The notes beneath the pieces were generated by a model. It was not told the origin of the DNA and ran no database searches. It saw only the letters and a program-made list of their open reading frames with translations. A DNA stretch of 10,150 nucleotides from Candidatus Thorarchaeota archaeon (GTDB lineage Archaea > Asgardarchaeota > Thorarchaeia > Thorarchaeales > Thorarchaeaceae), in the NCBI GenBank assembly GCA_029858305.1, contig JAOUFI010000082.1:1-10150 (forward strand). The letters run 5' to 3'. Below are positions 7,741-10,150 of the stretch, piece after piece (within the stretch, counting starts at the first letter, position 1; each line of letters starts with the position of its first letter). Position numbers and translations under genes: made by a program.

Positions 7741-7748
7741 TTTTTAAT
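7741..7748 (+). promoter_or_regulatory. putative TATA box of tRNA-Val
   Basis: TTTTTAAT 27-34 nt upstream of the tRNA 5' end. Confidence 0.6.
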
Positions 7749-7798
7749 CGACAGCAAAAGACAGAGACCTCACTGGGCCGGTGGTCTAGCCCGGCTAT

Positions 7799-7830
7799 AG
7801 CTTCGTAATTTCGATTGCGAAGCCGGCTAA
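7799..7830 (+). other. tRNA-Val D-arm intron, 32 nt (most likely 22/23)
   Basis: Hairpin GCTTCGTAAT-TTCG-ATTGCGAAGC; GGCT/GGCT central helix with bulges AT|A and AA|G gives mature GGCTATGAT. An alternative register (7797-7828, 20a/21) exists because of the CCGGCTA direct repeat. Confidence 0.78.
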
Positions 7831-7845
7831 GATATCGCATTGACA

Positions 7846-7875
7846 CATGTGCCTGACTTCCACGCACGTTCAAAC
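7846..7875 (+). other. tRNA-Val canonical 37/38 intron, 30 nt
   Basis: Strict BHB motif: TTGA/TCAA central helix, bulges CA|C and AC|G, intron stem ATGTGC/GCACGT. Confidence 0.92.
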
Positions 7876-7914
7876 GTGCGATGGTCACGCGTTCAAATCG
7901 CGTCCGGCCCACCA

Positions 7915-8151
7915 CTACTTCTTCATCGGCAATAATTGAGATAATTTATTCCAGTCAATGCCCAACTTTTCTAGAGCCCAATGTGCGATATTATGACAGT
8001 CACCACATACATGAGCCCATTCCTTAGGATTCAATCTTGACAAATGCAATTTACTCTTAATCATTTGAGGATGATGAACCATACCATCCTTTCAGTGTAA
8101 AATGAGTGAATCTTTTGACTCTGAACCTCCCTATGACCCTGAACCACCACA
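7915..8151 (-). pseudogene. decayed HNH-like (His-Me finger) nuclease; intact 55-aa remnant ORF 8082-7915
   Basis: Manual translation: ...CGGSGS*GGSESKDSLILH*KDGMVHHPQMIKSKLHLSRLNPKEWAHVCGDCHNIAHWALEKLGIDWNKLSQLLPMKK*. It shows an LxxHxKDG...N...CxxCHxxxH pattern with in-frame stops upstream. Not in the ORF track. Confidence 0.6.
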
Positions 8152-8186
8152 TTAGTATGTTGTAAGACTGTTATTGCCTGGACACG

Positions 8187-9098
8187 TTAAACTCCAAACA
8201 TTACTAAGACAAAGAAGATGTCTGCAATGATATGTGCTAATACTGCTCCCCAGAGATTGTCAGATTTCTGAATTGCGTATCCCCATAATAGACCCAGTAT
8301 CAAAGGAATACTGAAGTTTCCAGCCATCGTCAGAATGTCACTGAATCCTATTATTGCTTGATGGAAAAGCGCGAAAACCACTGAAGTAAGTATTACTGCT
8401 CCTCTCTGTCCAAAGAATTGTTCATATTCTCTGAGGAAGAGACCTCTGATTAGGAGTTCTTCCATTAATCCATTACTAAAGGCGAACACACAGATCCATG
8501 GCATCCATGTGATCACTTCATTTACAGTGGCAGAGAATCCTATTCCTCCAAGAGCGAAAAAGACAAACAATGCAGCTGGTGAAACAATGATTCCAAGTTT
8601 GATACTTTTTCTGAAATTTCCTCCAGTGAGATATACAGCCGAGAAGTCTTTCTCAACAACCCAAATACCCACAAGAATTGCTGCTATAATTGGGAGAACC
8701 TCAGAAACCTTGGCGATAGCTGCGCCTTCGACAGTACTTGCTGATAGTCCAGGAATGAGTGTATACCATAGACCAAAGACCCATGCAAACAGGAGTCCAA
8801 TTGATGCTATGAGGAATGAGAATGATACCTTCCAATACTTATTCAGAGCACCTTTGGACTGATAAAGAATCAATGTTGCTATGAGAAAAATACCTGCAAC
8901 AGCTGCTCTAGTGACAAGTATCAGATGTAATGGAATGAAACTATTATACCCGCCCACATTTAGAACGAGAAAGCTACATACTATGAACAGAATTAACAAT
9001 AGACTGGTATGAAATCTATTCTCATTACCATCTGTCATTTCAGTAGATTGATCAGTTGACTCGTATTTGTCCAATTCACTTATCAATTTTGGAGGCAT
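8187..9098 (-). CDS. CPBP family intramembrane metalloprotease (Abi/CAAX type II)
   Basis: Motifs MEELLIRG (EExxxR), FALFH (FxxxH), AVLAHIIAD (HxxxD); about 8 TM helices. Alternative start at 9038. Confidence 0.93.
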   Translation of the reverse strand: MPPKLISELDKYESTDQSTEMTDGNENRFHTSLLLILFIVCSFLVLNVGGYNSFIPLHLILVTRAAVAGIFLIATLILYQSKGALNKYWKVSFSFLIASIGLLFAWVFGLWYTLIPGLSASTVEGAAIAKVSEVLPIIAAILVGIWVVEKDFSAVYLTGGNFRKSIKLGIIVSPAALFVFFALGGIGFSATVNEVITWMPWICVFAFSNGLMEELLIRGLFLREYEQFFGQRGAVILTSVVFALFHQAIIGFSDILTMAGNFSIPLILGLLWGYAIQKSDNLWGAVLAHIIADIFFVLVMFGV

Positions 9099-9214
9099 CC
9101 TAACATCGCGTTTTCGAAAATAGCTTCTATACTTTATTTAAGATAATTAATGTACGCAAGAATTGACGATAATGACTCAAATGAGTGTAACAGCCAATAA
9201 ATCATGATTGTTAT

Positions 9215-9289
9215 TTGACAGTGCGGTGGAGATAGATGGATTTCCCATCTAACACCGACTCACGTGTTCAAATCACGTCCGGCCCACCA
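9215..9289 (+). pseudogene. orphan 3' half of tRNA-Val(GAC) containing a 30-nt BHB intron at 46/47 (9230-9259)
   Basis: After removing 9230-9259 it reads TTGACAG-TGCGG-TGGTC-ACGTG-TTCAAAT-CACGT-CCGGCCC-ACCA, 42/45 identical to the spliced upstream tRNA-Val from position 32. No 5' half lies adjacent. Confidence 0.88.
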
Positions 9290-9461
9290 TTCACTTCTTC
9301 TGATAGGATGAGTTCCCACTCAAGAAGCCACTATTTGGCCACCTTGATTCCACTTAGAGTGAGCTTTTCGAGGATAGCTTGTACAACTACAAGATATCTA
9401 ATTATGATCGAGTCCTATTCAAGAAGGTAAACGAAGGAGTTAAAAGAAAAAGGAGCCTATG

Positions 9462-9479
9462 TTAACCAGATTTGGTTAA
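9462..9479. promoter_or_regulatory. 7-4-7 inverted repeat, candidate operator of the downstream HTH regulator
   Basis: TTAACCA-GATT-TGGTTAA, 22 nt upstream of the 9502 ATG. Confidence 0.55.
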
Positions 9480-9501
9480 TTACTAATGGCGATAGCTCAC
9501 C

Positions 9502-9972
9502 ATGAAATCCTTTCAATTCAAATTCCCAACAAAACAGCAGGAATTCATTTGGCAGAAAAGACGACAGGAGATTCCTCCATCAGAAATCGCTCTAGAATTG
9601 GATGTGTCGCGTGCATTTGTAAGCAAAGCTCAGAGAATTGCTGAGGAAAGGATAGAGAAAATCCTATTGTACACCGCTTCGAGCAACCGAGTCGGGGTTC
9701 GACATATCAGCCCCAGGTATGGCTTTGCAGTGGGTGTTGACCCTGCAAACAAATCGGAAACGTACATCGTCTACTCGCCTACCCTAGGATCTCAGGTATG
9801 GCATAGCCATGAAGGAGATTGTAGGAATTGTAGTGAGAAATCAGTCTGTGAAGAGATACTCCATACTCTTGCCGCTGAATGGGCAGTCCCAGTACCAAGA
9901 GACCTACCTCCTACGGATGCAGTTGAGAAGCTCTTCATCACACTAATGAGGCGCTTGAAATGGGTCGAATAG
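9502..9972 (+). CDS. HTH DNA-binding protein with C-terminal His/Cys metal-binding cluster
   Basis: N-terminal PSEIALELDVSRAFVSK (sigma70 region-4/Tfx-like HTH); C-terminal HEGDCRNCSEKSVC. Confidence 0.8.
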   Translation: MKSFQFKFPTKQQEFIWQKRRQEIPPSEIALELDVSRAFVSKAQRIAEERIEKILLYTASSNRVGVRHISPRYGFAVGVDPANKSETYIVYSPTLGSQVWHSHEGDCRNCSEKSVCEEILHTLAAEWAVPVPRDLPPTDAVEKLFITLMRRLKWVE

Positions 9973-10150
9973 GCATAGGGTCAGAAGTTCATTCAACATC
10001 AGCTCACGAAGATGTCAAAACAAGAACATTGTATGAAATAGTCAAAGTTTGGGCTGAACAACCGTGGGATGGAGTCCAATACAGGCGCATTGCAGAGGAA
10101 TTGTGGAACTCCATTGATGTTGCTAATCTCATGGAAGGACCATACGGCAT
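9960..10150 (+). CDS. hypothetical protein, 5' part (runs off the window)
   Basis: ATG 9960 after GAGGCG, overlapping the HTH gene end by 13 nt, open to the window edge: MGRIGIGSEVHSTSAHEDVKTRTLYEIVKVWAEQPWDGVQYRRIAEELWNSIDVANLMEGPYG. Confidence 0.65.
   Translation, partial: MGRIGIGSEVHSTSAHEDVKTRTLYEIVKVWAEQPWDGVQYRRIAEELWNSIDVANLMEGPYG

Larger units (their letters stand above)
7775..7914 (+). tRNA. tRNA-Val(GAC) with two introns (D-arm 22/23 and 37/38), encoded CCA
   Basis: GGGCCGG/CCGGCCC acceptor stem, TCGCA/TGCGA anticodon stem with GAC at 7842-7844, T-arm ACGCG-TTCAAAT-CGCGT, ACCA end. Removing the 32-nt and 30-nt introns gives 78 nt. Confidence 0.95.
7840..9289 (+). mobile_element. 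tRNA-Val-anchored genomic islet (direct repeats of the tRNA 3' half, 1,375 bp apart), no integrase
   Basis: The tRNA-Val 3' half (7840-7914) is repeated at 9215-9289. Cargo is an HNH-like remnant and a CPBP protease, both on the minus strand. Confidence 0.7.

Noticed and set aside
7673-7915. 80-aa minus-strand ORF
   Set aside because: Antisense shadow of tRNA-Val.
2160-8862. Other overlapping ORFs (2160-2420, 3325-3630, 3494-3730, 4546-4761, 4834-5208, 6671-6895, 6765-6968, 7098-7340, 8509-8862)
   Set aside because: Each overlaps a better-supported gene in another frame or strand and lacks motifs.
7915-9214. Integrase or transposase within the tRNA-Val islet
   Set aside because: No tyrosine or serine recombinase or DDE motif was seen in the cargo ORF or the intergenic frames I translated.
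9181-9430. Split (trans-spliced) or permuted tRNA interpretation of the 9215-9289 fragment
   Set aside because: No GGGCCGG 5' half follows it, so it is not permuted within the window. The upstream flank is AT-rich with no GC-rich leader or convincing BHB junction. A displaced att-type half fits better, though a partner elsewhere cannot be excluded.
9236-9430. 64-aa plus-strand ORF
   Set aside because: Starts inside the tRNA-fragment intron and has no recognisable protein features.
1-10150. CRISPR array, rRNA, selenocysteine recoding
   Set aside because: No regularly spaced repeats and no rRNA-like segment. The peroxiredoxin uses Cys codons. The in-frame TGA in the HNH remnant co-occurs with TAG and TAA stops, indicating decay.

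Overview
Archaeal chromosomal window (~40% GC by eye). The gene content and multi-intron tRNAs suggest an Asgard/Thorarchaeia-like host, which is inference. It contains about 15 small protein genes (TPR protein, SAM methyltransferase, peroxiredoxin, TIGR04076-like protein, Stay-green homolog, PadR plus HAAS-type membrane protein, dUTPase, CPBP/CAAX protease, HTH regulator, several membrane proteins). It also has three complete CCA-encoding tRNA genes: Ala(GGC) and Val(GAC), each with two BHB-type introns (22/23 and 37/38), and an intronless Phe(GAA). The most striking structure is a 1,375-bp islet anchored in tRNA-Val. It ends in an orphan tRNA-Val(GAC) 3' half (9215-9289) that starts exactly at the anticodon loop, lacks the 37/38 intron, carries a different BHB intron at 46/47 and has a compensatory T-stem base pair. 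Inside the islet, with its stop codon touching the tRNA CCA end, is an unannotated decayed HNH-like nuclease ORF. Together these suggest tRNA 3'-half and intron swapping by a mobile or homing element. A second, more eroded tRNA-Phe 3' duplicate (4990-5015) brackets the TIGR04076 and Stay-green genes.
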